From NCBI GenBank assembly GCA_023428025.1, contig JAEYZN010000039.1:9439-73438 (forward strand): a stretch of DNA of 64,000 nucleotides, read 5' to 3'. Origin of the DNA: Bacillota bacterium (lineage in GTDB: Bacteria; Bacillota; Clostridia; Christensenellales; SZUA-584). Positions 9,027 to 17,811 of the stretch are shown piece after piece. The translations under genes and the position numbers were made by a program. Numbering within the stretch: the first letter of the stretch is position 1; each line of letters opens with the position of its first letter. The notes beneath the pieces are model-generated. The model worked only from the letters and a program-made list of their open reading frames with translations, made no database searches and was not told where the DNA came from.

Positions 9027-9440
9027 ACAATGTGTGAAGGAAAACGCGAATTGAAAGAAAGGTTGGAAAGTATCATGACATATAAAAGCAGAAGCGTATT
9101 CATGGTTGCCGTATCTCTTGTTTTGGCGCTGTTGCTTGCCGGCTGCAGCGTGGCGCTTGGCGCGGTAAACGCGACAAATCAAATACCCGATGAAGCTTCC
9201 GAATCCCCCGCAGCCACGGACACCCCCAGTGTTTCGACAAGTTCTGAGGTTGAAGCGTCCCCGTCCCCCACGGCGACGGACACGCCCAGCGTGACAACAA
9301 GTCCTGACGTTGAAGCGTCCCCGTCTCCCGCAGCAGCGGACACCTCCGGTATTGCGACAAGGCCTTCTTCTGCCAATAGTCCGGTATTGGCAGCATACAA
9401 TGCGGTATTGCAGAATCAGGCCGAATTCTTCAGTACGGAT
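9027..9440 (+). repeat. Segmental duplication, copy 2 (5' end of the lipoprotein paralogue)
   Basis: See 8037-8447. Homology starts inside sequence that is coding in the BlaR1-like gene. Confidence 0.9.
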
Positions 9441-9932
9441 AATAAGAAAAAATTAAAATTGAACGACTTTTTGACCAACAAAGAGATTTATGAAACGACC
9501 TTCAGTGTCACGCGCTTTACGGTGCTCGACATGGACGGCGACAACGTGCCTGAGGTTGTGCTTGAATTGTCGGTCGCGAATGAACCACAGTTCTATGAAG
9601 TCCTGCATTATATGGACGGAGCCGTTAATGGATACCTTATTCCATACAGGGGGTTAACAGAGCTAAAAGCGAATGGAACATTCTTTTTTTCAGGCGGTGC
9701 AGCAGATAGCGGAGTCGGAAAATTGAAATTCGAGTCAACGGCCTATACAACCGACAGGTTGGGGTACAGTCAGTCCAGTCAGGGCGATACCACCTTGACC
9801 ATATCATACTTCATCAATAATCAATCCGCTACAAAGGAAGCCTTTGATTCCTTCATGAATGGACAATCCGGGAAGAAAGGTGCGGACTGGTACGAGTTTT
9901 CTCAAGCGAATATCGAAGCTGAGCTTTCTTAA
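9030..9932 (+). CDS. Lipoprotein paralogous to the C-terminal sensor region of the BlaR1-like protein
   Basis: MTYKSRSVFMVAVSLVLALLLAGC signal peptide plus lipobox. ATG at 9030 or 9075. Same 20-aa repeats (9192-9371) and a homologous C-terminal domain. Confidence 0.75.
   Translation: MCEGKRELKERLESIMTYKSRSVFMVAVSLVLALLLAGCSVALGAVNATNQIPDEASESPAATDTPSVSTSSEVEASPSPTATDTPSVTTSPDVEASPSPAAADTSGIATRPSSANSPVLAAYNAVLQNQAEFFSTDNKKKLKLNDFLTNKEIYETTFSVTRFTVLDMDGDNVPEVVLELSVANEPQFYEVLHYMDGAVNGYLIPYRGLTELKANGTFFFSGGAADSGVGKLKFESTAYTTDRLGYSQSSQGDTTLTISYFINNQSATKEAFDSFMNGQSGKKGADWYEFSQANIEAELS
9192..9371 (+). repeat. Three tandem 60-bp Pro/Thr/Ser-rich linker repeats (paralogue)
   Basis: EASESPAATDTPSVSTSSEV / EASPSPTATDTPSVTTSPDV / EASPSPAAADTSGIATRPSS. 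Confidence 0.9.
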
Positions 9933-9973
9933 AATCCATAACAGCCCAGCATGATTCTAAAACAACAGTCAAA

Positions 9974-10008
9974 AGCGGCTTGCTTCAAAAGCAGGCTGCT
10001 TTTATATT
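9974..10008 (+). terminator. Rho-independent terminator after the lipoprotein gene
   Basis: AGCGGCTTGC / GCAGGCTGCT stem (two G-U pairs) followed by TTTTATATT. Confidence 0.5.
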
Positions 10009-10090
10009 ACGTATACACCATAACCGCGCAAGGCGTGCTATAATAGACAGGCAGCAAGCCAAGCATCATGTGACCAACAGGAGACCCTCA

Positions 10091-11077
10091 ATGAAGATTT
10101 TTGTCTACAACCTGCGCGAATACGATGAAAAGCCTTACTTCGACCGGTTCTGCGCCGAGCACCATCTGGAATACGCCTACGTATCGAAATACCCGGCTCT
10201 GGAGAACGCCGAACTGGTGCGCGGCTGCGAGGCGGTCAACATCATCACCAGCCCCACCGACGCCGCCCTGCTCCGGCGATGGCATGACCTGGGCGTCAGA
10301 TACATCGCGACCCGCACCATCGGGTTCGAGCATATCGACATCGCGGCGGCGCGCGCGCTGGGCATGCGGGTGGCCAGCATCAGCTACTCGCCGGACAGCG
10401 TCGCCAACTACGCCATCATGCTCATGCTGATGGCCTGCCGCAACATCAGCCATATCATCCAGCGCGCCAAGCTGCAGGACTACACGCTGCGCGGCAAGAT
10501 CGGCCGCGAGCTGTCCCGCAGCACCGTGGGCGTGATCGGCACCGGGCGGATAGGCCGCACCGTCATCGGGCATCTCAGCCGTTTCGGCTGCAAGCTGCTC
10601 GCGTACGACGCTTACCCGGACGAGGCTGTGGCGCAAAACGCCGAGTATGTGCCGCTGGATACGCTGCTCTCCGAAAGCGACATCATCACGCTGCACGCGC
10701 CGCTGAACGACGGCACCCGCCACCTGATCGGCCGGGACGCCGTCGCGAAAATGAAGCCGGGCGTCATCCTCGTGAACACGGCGAGAGGGGCGCTGGTGGA
10801 CACCGCCGCGCTGATCGAGGGGCTGGACAGCCATCATATCGGCTTTGCCGCGCTGGACGTGCTGGAGAACGAGCACGGCCTATATTACTTCAACCGCATG
10901 AACGAGGTGATCGGCAACCACGAGCTCGCGATCCTGAGTTCATACCCCAACGTCATCCTGACGCCCCACACCGCCTTCTACACCGAGGAGGCCGTGTCCA
11001 ACATGGTGGAGAACTCTATTCTGGGGCTGCTCAGCTTTGAGCAGGGCGGGCCCAGCCCGTTTGAGGTGCAGGCCTGA
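10091..11077 (+). CDS. D-isomer-specific 2-hydroxyacid dehydrogenase (D-lactate dehydrogenase-like)
   Basis: MKIFVYNLREYDE..., NAD fold GVIGTGRIGRTV, family-typical C-terminal LTPHTAFYT. TGcTATAAT-type box near 10040. Confidence 0.9.
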   Translation: MKIFVYNLREYDEKPYFDRFCAEHHLEYAYVSKYPALENAELVRGCEAVNIITSPTDAALLRRWHDLGVRYIATRTIGFEHIDIAAARALGMRVASISYSPDSVANYAIMLMLMACRNISHIIQRAKLQDYTLRGKIGRELSRSTVGVIGTGRIGRTVIGHLSRFGCKLLAYDAYPDEAVAQNAEYVPLDTLLSESDIITLHAPLNDGTRHLIGRDAVAKMKPGVILVNTARGALVDTAALIEGLDSHHIGFAALDVLENEHGLYYFNRMNEVIGNHELAILSSYPNVILTPHTAFYTEEAVSNMVENSILGLLSFEQGGPSPFEVQA

Positions 11078-11098
11078 CGCCATCCCTTCATCTACAAG

Positions 11099-11145
11099 AA
11101 AAACACCGCTCTGCCGGTTCGCGCCGGAGGCGGTGTTTTTGGTTT
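11099..11145. terminator. Bidirectional-looking terminator hairpin
   Basis: AAAAACACCGC...GCGGTGTTTTT with an A-run before and a T-run after. Confidence 0.7.
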
Positions 11146-11362
11146 ATGCTCTATCCCATAGGATACGGGAATTCTGTATGCGCCGGGAGAAACAGCGGGT
11201 GGCATACCGGTATGCTTTGTAAGTATCTCCGGCTGTTAACAGGCGGGACCTCTTATGACTTGACTTTACGTTTGAAAATTCGGACGACCACAGGTCGCCC
11301 CTACTGCACATTATGCTGGATGCCACATGGCTTCTGTAGACCGGCGTAAAAACAACGGCCGT

Positions 11363-12619
11363 TTACCCCTGCGCCTCCCCCGCGCGCTTGCGCGTCACGT
11401 ATTCGTCGATCGCGTCGGCCACCTTGCGGGACACCTTGACCGCCTCAACCACCGTTTTGGCCCCGGTCACCACGTCGCCGGAGGCAAAAACGCCCTCGCG
11501 GCTGGTCCGGCCGTATTCGTCCACGTCCACCAGACCGTTGTCCTTCACATCGATCCCCGTGGTGGACGAGACGATCACCGATCTTGGCCCCTGCCCGATC
11601 GCCACGATCACCGAATCCGCCGGGAACAGCGTCTCCGTTCCCGGCATGGGTTCAATGACCGTTTCGCCGTTTTCGTTCACTGATTCCCGGGAATCGGCCA
11701 GCATGACGCCTGCGTCCACAAACCTGACCGCCGTCTTATGATAGATGATCCGCGCGCCGTCTATTTTGGCGTATTCCGTTTCCACGGCCCTCGCGGTGAC
11801 GGAGGTTTCGTCCGCGTTGCAGATGATGCTCACCTCGCGGCAGCCGTGGCGGAACGCCGTGCGGGCCGCGTCCATGGCGACGTTGCCCGCGCCGATGACC
11901 GCCAGCTTTTCGCCCAGCCAGTACACATCGGGATTTTTCAGATAATCGATCGCGAAATGCACATGGCCGAGGCTCTCCCCCGGAATGTTCAGCTTTCGGG
12001 GACGCCAGACGCCTGTGCCCATGAATATGGCGTCAAAACCGTCACGCAGCAGGTCGTCCACGGAGAGGTTGATGCCGATGCTGGTGTTGGGGCGAATCTT
12101 GACCCCGCTGTCGATCAGCGTTTTCATCAGGCGGCCCAGGATGCTCTTGGGCAGGCGGAATTCCGGTATGCCGTAGCGGAGTATTCCGCCGATCTGGTCG
12201 TGCCCCTCATAGATCGTCACATCATAATTTTTCTGGCACAGCAAAAACGCGATGGTGATGCCCGCCGGGCCGGACCCGATGATGGCGACCTTGCCGCGGT
12301 TCTTCAGCGACGGCACCGGCTTGTATATGTTCAGGTAAAAGTCGGAGATGTATTGCTCGATAGAGCTGATCTGCACGGGCGACCCCTTTTTGCCCAACAC
12401 GCAGTGGCCTTCGCACTGGTTTTCCTGCGGGCATACATGGCAGCAGACGATGGAGAGCGGATTGTTGTCAAAAAGCAGCTTTCCCGCTTCGGATATTTTG
12501 TTGTCCAGGAGCAAACCTATCGCTTCCTTGATAGGCGTTCTGATGGGACATCCCGTGCTGCACAAAGGCCTGTTGCACTGCAGGCAGCGTTTCGCATCAT
12601 CTATGACATGTTTGCTCAT
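11363..12619 (-). CDS. GltD/NfnB/SudA-family NAD(P)H oxidoreductase (glutamate synthase small-subunit-like)
   Basis: N-terminal Cys clusters (CLQCNRPLCSTGCP, CCHVCPQENQCEGHC), GSGPAG dinucleotide fold, ASGDVV C-terminal FAD motif. Confidence 0.85.
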   Translation of the reverse strand: MSKHVIDDAKRCLQCNRPLCSTGCPIRTPIKEAIGLLLDNKISEAGKLLFDNNPLSIVCCHVCPQENQCEGHCVLGKKGSPVQISSIEQYISDFYLNIYKPVPSLKNRGKVAIIGSGPAGITIAFLLCQKNYDVTIYEGHDQIGGILRYGIPEFRLPKSILGRLMKTLIDSGVKIRPNTSIGINLSVDDLLRDGFDAIFMGTGVWRPRKLNIPGESLGHVHFAIDYLKNPDVYWLGEKLAVIGAGNVAMDAARTAFRHGCREVSIICNADETSVTARAVETEYAKIDGARIIYHKTAVRFVDAGVMLADSRESVNENGETVIEPMPGTETLFPADSVIVAIGQGPRSVIVSSTTGIDVKDNGLVDVDEYGRTSREGVFASGDVVTGAKTVVEAVKVSRKVADAIDEYVTRKRAGEAQG

Positions 12620-12987
12620 TCACACAATCTCCTTTAATAATAACCACTTTGAATTATAGCATGTGAACCTATACAAATTCAAATGAATGATCTGTGAAAA
12701 CTATTGGAAGGCTGTAACCTGAATGAATTCTTCGGTATTCAAATCCTATGTGAATGCATTAATTGGGCATAGAGATGCTGTTAAGGGTCGGGAAGAAGCG
12801 TCAGTCATTCAACCGATCAAGGGCTCCGGCATTATTAAGAAGAATTCCCGTCTGTTAACCCCTCTCTTTATCTGATATAATGATCTGACAATGATATCCT
12901 GATATCCACATGGGGCGATATTCGCTTTAACACGATACAGCCAAAGCACTTCTGGACGATGTCCAGGATAGCATAGCACCATCACGC

Positions 12988-13887
12988 ATGCAAGCGTCAA
13001 TCAACTTTTGGGAGGACACAGGAGTGTATAAAGAAACATTGCTTGAGCGGCTTGAGAATTCAGACCGTCTGCCAAGGCTTCCTCAAAATATCAGTGAAAT
13101 CCTTGCGATGCTGAAAAACCCGATGGACGTTGATCTCGATGCGCTGGTTGAGAAGGTGACGCAGTCGGGTGAGCTGAATAAGCTGATGATCAACAATATC
13201 AATTCGGGGTATTTTCGCGTCGCCAGAAAGATCACAACGATCAGGGACGCGGTGGTGTATCTGGGGATGCAGACCGTGCAAAACCTTCTCATCTTCTTCA
13301 TTTCGCGCCAGCTTTTTTCCGGTGTGCCGCGCACCCATAAAAAGAGGACATTTGATATGCCCACTTACTGGAGGCATGTTATCGGGACCTCCGCTGCCAG
13401 CAGCCTGTTGTCCTCCCGGATCAAGCAGGGAGACCCGTATAAGCTTTTTACCTACGGTTTGATCCACGATATCGGCATCGCTTTACTGGACGCCTGCCTG
13501 CCCGAACTGATCGACGACGTTTCGGAAAAGGTGTTGGGCGGCATCCATCAGCTGGCTGCCGAACGTGCGGTGTTCGGCGGGATTACCCATGCCGAGATCG
13601 GCGCCTGGCTGTGCGGCAAATGGAATATACGCGAAGACATAACGAACATCGTGGCGTATCATCATACGCCCTTTATCGCAAAAACCAACATCAGCGAGGT
13701 CAGGCTGCTCCACGTTGCGGATGTGATCAGCACGGAATACTATGAAAAATTGTTGGGCGTCAGCATCAATCACAAGATAAGCCCTCACATTCTGAACGCC
13801 CTCGGCATTACCGATACGGATGTGCAAGCTGTCGCCGATGCGCTTCCGCAGGAGGTGGAAAGCCTTCACAGCTACTTCATCGCGTGA
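12988..13887 (+). CDS. HDOD domain protein
   Basis: LPRLPQNISEILAML...DAVVYLGMQTVQNL...GLIHDIGIALLD...AYHH. An alternative GTG start at 13024 has a better GGAGGA RBS. Confidence 0.8.
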   Translation: MQASINFWEDTGVYKETLLERLENSDRLPRLPQNISEILAMLKNPMDVDLDALVEKVTQSGELNKLMINNINSGYFRVARKITTIRDAVVYLGMQTVQNLLIFFISRQLFSGVPRTHKKRTFDMPTYWRHVIGTSAASSLLSSRIKQGDPYKLFTYGLIHDIGIALLDACLPELIDDVSEKVLGGIHQLAAERAVFGGITHAEIGAWLCGKWNIREDITNIVAYHHTPFIAKTNISEVRLLHVADVISTEYYEKLLGVSINHKISPHILNALGITDTDVQAVADALPQEVESLHSYFIA

Positions 13888-13994
13888 GCGATGACACATC
13901 AATAAGTCTTCGTTTCATTCATTATGTAACCGCCTTTATAACCTGTCACGCTGTTGTCAGGTTTTTTGGTTTATAATAATCCTGAGGTGATATT

Positions 13995-14891
13995 GTGCAG
14001 ATCAACCGGCTTTTCGAGATCGTCTACATATTGCTGAACAAAAAGCAGGTTACCGCCAAGGAGCTGGCGGCACGCTTCGAGGTGTCCGTCCGGACGATCT
14101 ACCGGGATATTGAAGCGCTGTCGGCGGCGGGCATCCCCGTTTACGCCAATCCGGGCAAGGGCGGCGGCATCGCGCTGCTTGACGGGTATGTGCTCGACAA
14201 ATCCGTGCTCTCGGAGAGCGAGCAGAACGAGATATTGTTCGCGCTGCAAAGCCTGTCCGCCGCGCAAAGCCCCGACACCGCCGGCGTGCTCGCAAGGCTG
14301 AGCAGCCTGTTCCGCAAGGACAGCGCCGGCTGGATCGAGGTGGACCTGTCGCCCTGGGGCAGCGATAAGCGAAGCGGCGGGTTTGCGCAATTGAAGGAGG
14401 CCATCCTCAACCGCCGCGTGATCGAGTTCGACTATTTCAGCGGAACAGGGGAAAATAGCAGGCGCAGCGCCGAGCCGGTGAGGCTGGTCTTCAAGGTCAA
14501 CGCGTGGTATCTGCGCGGGTTCTGCCTCTCCCGCAACGCGTTCAGAACCTTCAAGCTCTCCCGCATGACCAGCGTCCGGGTGACGGAGGCGCGTTTCGCG
14601 GAAAGGCCGGAGCCGCCGGACAACGCCCCGGCGCAAAGCGCCCAGCAATGGATCGATGTGCGGCTGAGAATCTCTCCCGACGCGGCCTACAGGGTGTACG
14701 ATGAGTTCAGCGAAACGGATATCGCGAAGGACCCCGGCGGTTCGTTCACCGTGGCGGCGTGCCTGCCGGACAGCGGCTGGCTGATTGGCTATATCCTGTC
14801 CTTCGGCGGCAGCGCGGAGGTGCTGGAGCCGCTGACCTTGCGCGACAGGATACGCGAACAGGCGAGTCTGATCTTTGAGAATTCAAAATAG
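13995..14891 (+). CDS. YafY-type HTH + WYL domain transcriptional regulator
   Basis: [31 protein letters not shown]. Central WYL-like WYLRGFC. GTG start with GAGGTGA RBS. Confidence 0.85.
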   Translation: MQINRLFEIVYILLNKKQVTAKELAARFEVSVRTIYRDIEALSAAGIPVYANPGKGGGIALLDGYVLDKSVLSESEQNEILFALQSLSAAQSPDTAGVLARLSSLFRKDSAGWIEVDLSPWGSDKRSGGFAQLKEAILNRRVIEFDYFSGTGENSRRSAEPVRLVFKVNAWYLRGFCLSRNAFRTFKLSRMTSVRVTEARFAERPEPPDNAPAQSAQQWIDVRLRISPDAAYRVYDEFSETDIAKDPGGSFTVAACLPDSGWLIGYILSFGGSAEVLEPLTLRDRIREQASLIFENSK

Positions 14892-14985
14892 ATTTTTAAA
14901 ACATGACACGGTGTCGTCAGGTTATGTTCCGTATAATGCGGATATGGCGCAAGTCCATATAACGAGGAAAGTTGGAAACGCTTTT

Positions 14986-15777
14986 ATGGATACAACAACA
15001 GCTATGAAGGAGCTTGCGGGCAGGCGCGCCCTGGTCACGGGCGGCACCAAGGGCGGCATCGGCGAAGCCGTCGTGAAGCGCCTCTCGCAGGTGGGCGCGA
15101 CGGTGATCACGACCGCGCGCAACACCCCGGATAAGCGGGAAGGCCCGGCGCTGTTCGTCGAGGCGGACATCAGCACCAAGGACGGCACGGACAGGATCAT
15201 CGATTACGTATTGGGCCGTTTCGGCGGCGTGGACATTCTGGTCAACAACGTGGGCGGCTCCTCCACCCCCACCGGCGGCGTGCTCAAGCAGACGGACGCC
15301 GACTGGCAGCAGACCTTCGAGACCAACCTGTTCGCGGCGGTGCGGCTGGACCGGGGCCTGTTGCCGCCGATGCTCGCTCAGGGCCGTGGGGTCATCATCC
15401 ATGTCACGTCCATCCAAAGCCGTTTCCCCGGCGAGAACACCATGGCCTATTCCGCGGCCAAGGCGGCGCTCACCAACTACAGCAAGGCGCTGGCGACGGA
15501 GCTGGCGCCCAGGGGCATCCGCGTCAACACCGTCGCGCCCGGCTTCACGGAGACGAAATCCGCCGAGGCGCTCATCCGGCGAATGGCGCAGGAACGGGGC
15601 ACGGACTATGACACGGCGCGTCAGGCGCTGATGGATTCGCTGGGCGGCATCCCCATCGGCCGCACCGCGCGTCCCGAAGAGGTGGCGGAGCTCGTCGCGT
15701 TTCTGGTGTCCGACTGTGCCTCCTACATCGTGGGGGCCGAGCACACGATTGACGGCGGCATCGTGCGGACAATCTAA
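14986..15777 (+). CDS. SDR-family oxidoreductase
   Basis: [12 protein letters not shown] cofactor motif, catalytic YSAAK. Internal ATG 14986 chosen over ORF start 14875. Confidence 0.9.
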   Translation: MDTTTAMKELAGRRALVTGGTKGGIGEAVVKRLSQVGATVITTARNTPDKREGPALFVEADISTKDGTDRIIDYVLGRFGGVDILVNNVGGSSTPTGGVLKQTDADWQQTFETNLFAAVRLDRGLLPPMLAQGRGVIIHVTSIQSRFPGENTMAYSAAKAALTNYSKALATELAPRGIRVNTVAPGFTETKSAEALIRRMAQERGTDYDTARQALMDSLGGIPIGRTARPEEVAELVAFLVSDCASYIVGAEHTIDGGIVRTI

Positions 15778-15793
15778 TTTGTTGAAAGGAAGA

Positions 15794-16126
15794 ATGATCA
15801 TGAATATCGAGTTGAGCAAACCCATCGCCTGCTATTTTCAAGCCGCGAACGCGCATGACAGCAGTTTGCTGGCAAACTGCTTCGCGGAGGACGCCGTCGT
15901 CTTCGACGAGGGGCAGGAATACCGCGGGCTCGCGGCCATCACGGCGTGGAACGAGGCCACCACCCGCGAATACGACCTGACGCTGGAGGTGGTTTCATCG
16001 GCACAGGAAGGCGGGCTGACGGTGGTGACCGCAAAGGCTTCGGGCCGGTTTGACGGCAGCCCGGCGCTGATCGATTTTCGTTTTGCAGAAGCGGGCGGCA
16101 AAGTAACCTCCCTGCGCTGCGGATAG
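15794..16126 (+). CDS. SnoaL/NTF2-like fold protein
   Basis: About 110 aa. The pattern YFQAANAHDSSLLANCFAEDAVVFDEG is typical of SnoaL-like proteins. AAGGAAG RBS. Confidence 0.6.
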   Translation: MIMNIELSKPIACYFQAANAHDSSLLANCFAEDAVVFDEGQEYRGLAAITAWNEATTREYDLTLEVVSSAQEGGLTVVTAKASGRFDGSPALIDFRFAEAGGKVTSLRCG

Positions 16127-16137
16127 GAGAAAAAATA

Positions 16138-16425
16138 ATGATAATAAACAATCTGCTCATCAAGCTGAAACAGCGGGACAGGGAGAGCGTCGAAAAAGCC
16201 CGGGGCGTGCTGCTCAGCATGGAAGGAAAGATCGAGGTGCTGCTGGGCATCGAGGTGAAAACGGACATACGCCGCGGCCCGTCGTCGTACGATATCCTGC
16301 TGATCACACGCTTCGCTTCGATGGAAGACCTCGAGGCGTATCTGGTTCATCCGGCGCATCTGGCGGTGTCCGATTATATCGCGGGCGTGCTGGAAGCCGG
16401 CGCTGCCGTGTGTTACGAGGAATAA
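16138..16425 (+). CDS. Dabb (stress-responsive alpha/beta barrel) protein
   Basis: 95 aa, ...FASMEDLEAYLVHPAHLAV... signature. Confidence 0.8.
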   Translation: MIINNLLIKLKQRDRESVEKARGVLLSMEGKIEVLLGIEVKTDIRRGPSSYDILLITRFASMEDLEAYLVHPAHLAVSDYIAGVLEAGAAVCYEE

Positions 16426-16536
16426 GTTATCGGTGGGTTTTGCGGCGGCCTACAGGCGCATGCCTGTTGCAGGCCCGCTGTCCTATGTCGATTCCGCTTT
16501 GGGCATACCCCCGCTCAAAGCTTTTTTATTTTATGG

Positions 16537-16587
16537 TTGCATTTGTCCGCAAATGGATATAATATATATCAAATGAGCATATGCTCA
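16537..16587 (+). promoter_or_regulatory. Promoter and palindromic sites upstream of the DUF134 gene
   Basis: TTGCAT 16537-42, 17 nt, TAATAT 16560-65. CATTTG-N4-CAAATG lies in the spacer. Perfect 14-bp palindrome TGAGCATATGCTCA at 16574-16587. Confidence 0.5.
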
Positions 16588-16599
16588 ATTGGAGGCCTT

Positions 16600-17094
16600 A
16601 TGCCAAGAAGACGCTGCTGCGGCCGGGTAGACGAATATCCCGCATGCCATCAGTTCGTGCCGAATCAGATGAACGGTCATCACATCATGGTGCTGGGCAT
16701 CGAAGAGGTGGAAGCCTTGCGGCTGAAAGACATGAAAGGGTATGATCAGGAAGCGTGCGCAAAGGAGATGGGGCTGACCAGGCCGACATTCCAGCGCATT
16801 CTTGCGGCTGCCCGGAAAAAGATCGCGACGGCGCTGGTGGAAGGCCGGACCATCACCATTAAAGGAGGACATTTTGTCATGAAGAACCGCGTGTTTGAGT
16901 GTCTGGATTGCGGAGAAACCTGGGAAGCGGAGCCCTGTACGGAGGGCGGGAAGCACGGCTACGAGATCGCCTGCCCCAAATGCGGCGGCATGAATAAAGT
17001 GAAGCTGGTGGACGGCGTCCGTCACGCCTGCGGCGGCGCGGAACAGCATCACCACCAGCACGGCGCGGGCTGCTGCGGCGGCGGGCACCAGTAA
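16600..17094 (+). CDS. DUF134 (UPF0251) DNA-binding protein fused to a zinc ribbon and a His/Cys-rich tail
   Basis: MPRRRCCGRV...EEVEALRLKDMKGYDQEACAKEMGLTRPTFQRIL, then CLDCG...CPKCG, then HHHQHGAGCCGGGHQ. GGAGG RBS. Confidence 0.8.
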   Translation: MPRRRCCGRVDEYPACHQFVPNQMNGHHIMVLGIEEVEALRLKDMKGYDQEACAKEMGLTRPTFQRILAAARKKIATALVEGRTITIKGGHFVMKNRVFECLDCGETWEAEPCTEGGKHGYEIACPKCGGMNKVKLVDGVRHACGGAEQHHHQHGAGCCGGGHQ

Positions 17095-17184
17095 AGCCAA
17101 CCTATCTCATGTCGGCCTTGCGCATGATATTGGCGCGGGCTGACTCCGTTCCCCGTTATCTCTCAGAAAGGGAGACATGCAACC

Positions 17185-17739
17185 ATGAACGATAAAGCGA
17201 TGAAGCTGGAGAACCCCGCAAGGCTGGCGGAGCTTAATCCCGCGGACACCCTGAAAAGGATCGGCCTTCAGGATGGCCATGTGCTGTGCGATATCGGAGC
17301 GGGGAGCGGCATCTTCACCATCCCCGCGGCCCGGATCACCGGCAGCACGGTCTATGCCGTGGAGATCAGCGAAACCATGCTGGCCGTCATCTCCGAAAAG
17401 ATGAAAGCGGAGGGCTTAACGAATGTTGAGCTTGTCCGCACCGCGGGCGACCGCTATTGCATCGGCGACCACAGCGTGGACGTGGCGATCGCCGTGACCG
17501 TGCTCCACGAGATATCCGATAAAGAGGCGTTTTTGCAGGAAGTCCGGCGGTTGCTCAAGCCCGATGGGATGGCGGCCGTGATCGAGTTCCACCAGCGCGA
17601 AACGCCGATGGGGCCGCCTGTATCGCGGCGGCTTTCCCAGGAAGACGTATCCGGCGTGTTTGCCGGTTCCGGCTTTTGCCTGCACGATGCGTTCGATCTG
17701 GGCGATAATTTCTACTGTCAGGTGTTCAAGCCCGTCTGA
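17185..17739 (+). CDS. Class I SAM-dependent methyltransferase
   Basis: Motif I VLCDIGAGSG, LKPDG post-II motif, AAGGGAGA RBS. Confidence 0.85.
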   Translation: MNDKAMKLENPARLAELNPADTLKRIGLQDGHVLCDIGAGSGIFTIPAARITGSTVYAVEISETMLAVISEKMKAEGLTNVELVRTAGDRYCIGDHSVDVAIAVTVLHEISDKEAFLQEVRRLLKPDGMAAVIEFHQRETPMGPPVSRRLSQEDVSGVFAGSGFCLHDAFDLGDNFYCQVFKPV

Positions 17740-17811
17740 TATCCCGTGCGCCTATTTGAAGGTTTTATCATGTGGGGCTGGCAGGACCATGTATGTTTCC
17801 GCGCGTGATCC

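Noticed and set aside
8037-9440. Possibility that the 8037/9027 repeat pair is a diversity-generating retroelement template/variable region pair.
   Set aside because: The mismatches are of all types rather than adenine-specific, there is no reverse transcriptase gene in the window, and the repeat covers the anchor/linker rather than a C-type-lectin-like variable tip.
10088-10876. Long antisense or overlapping ORFs inside recognised genes. Examples: 2455-3117(-), 5596-6645(-), 10088-10876(-), 13971-14648(-), 14917-15825(-), 21457-22266(-), 34104-34979(+), 36847-37593(-), 41564-42301(-), 52286-53287(-), 54584-55504(+), 56085-57782(-), 57583-58404(-), 60819-62468(+), 62687-63790(+).
   Set aside because: They lie opposite or out of frame to genes with clear family motifs. 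They lack RBSs and have Arg/Ala/Gly/Pro/His-rich compositions typical of open non-coding frames in G+C-rich DNA.
10091-11077. VanH-like D-lactate dehydrogenase as part of a glycopeptide-resistance cluster next to the BlaR1-like sensor.
   Set aside because: There are no vanA/B ligase, vanX dipeptidase or VanRS genes nearby. The gene has its own terminator-bounded unit and promoter, so it is most simply a metabolic D-2-hydroxyacid dehydrogenase.
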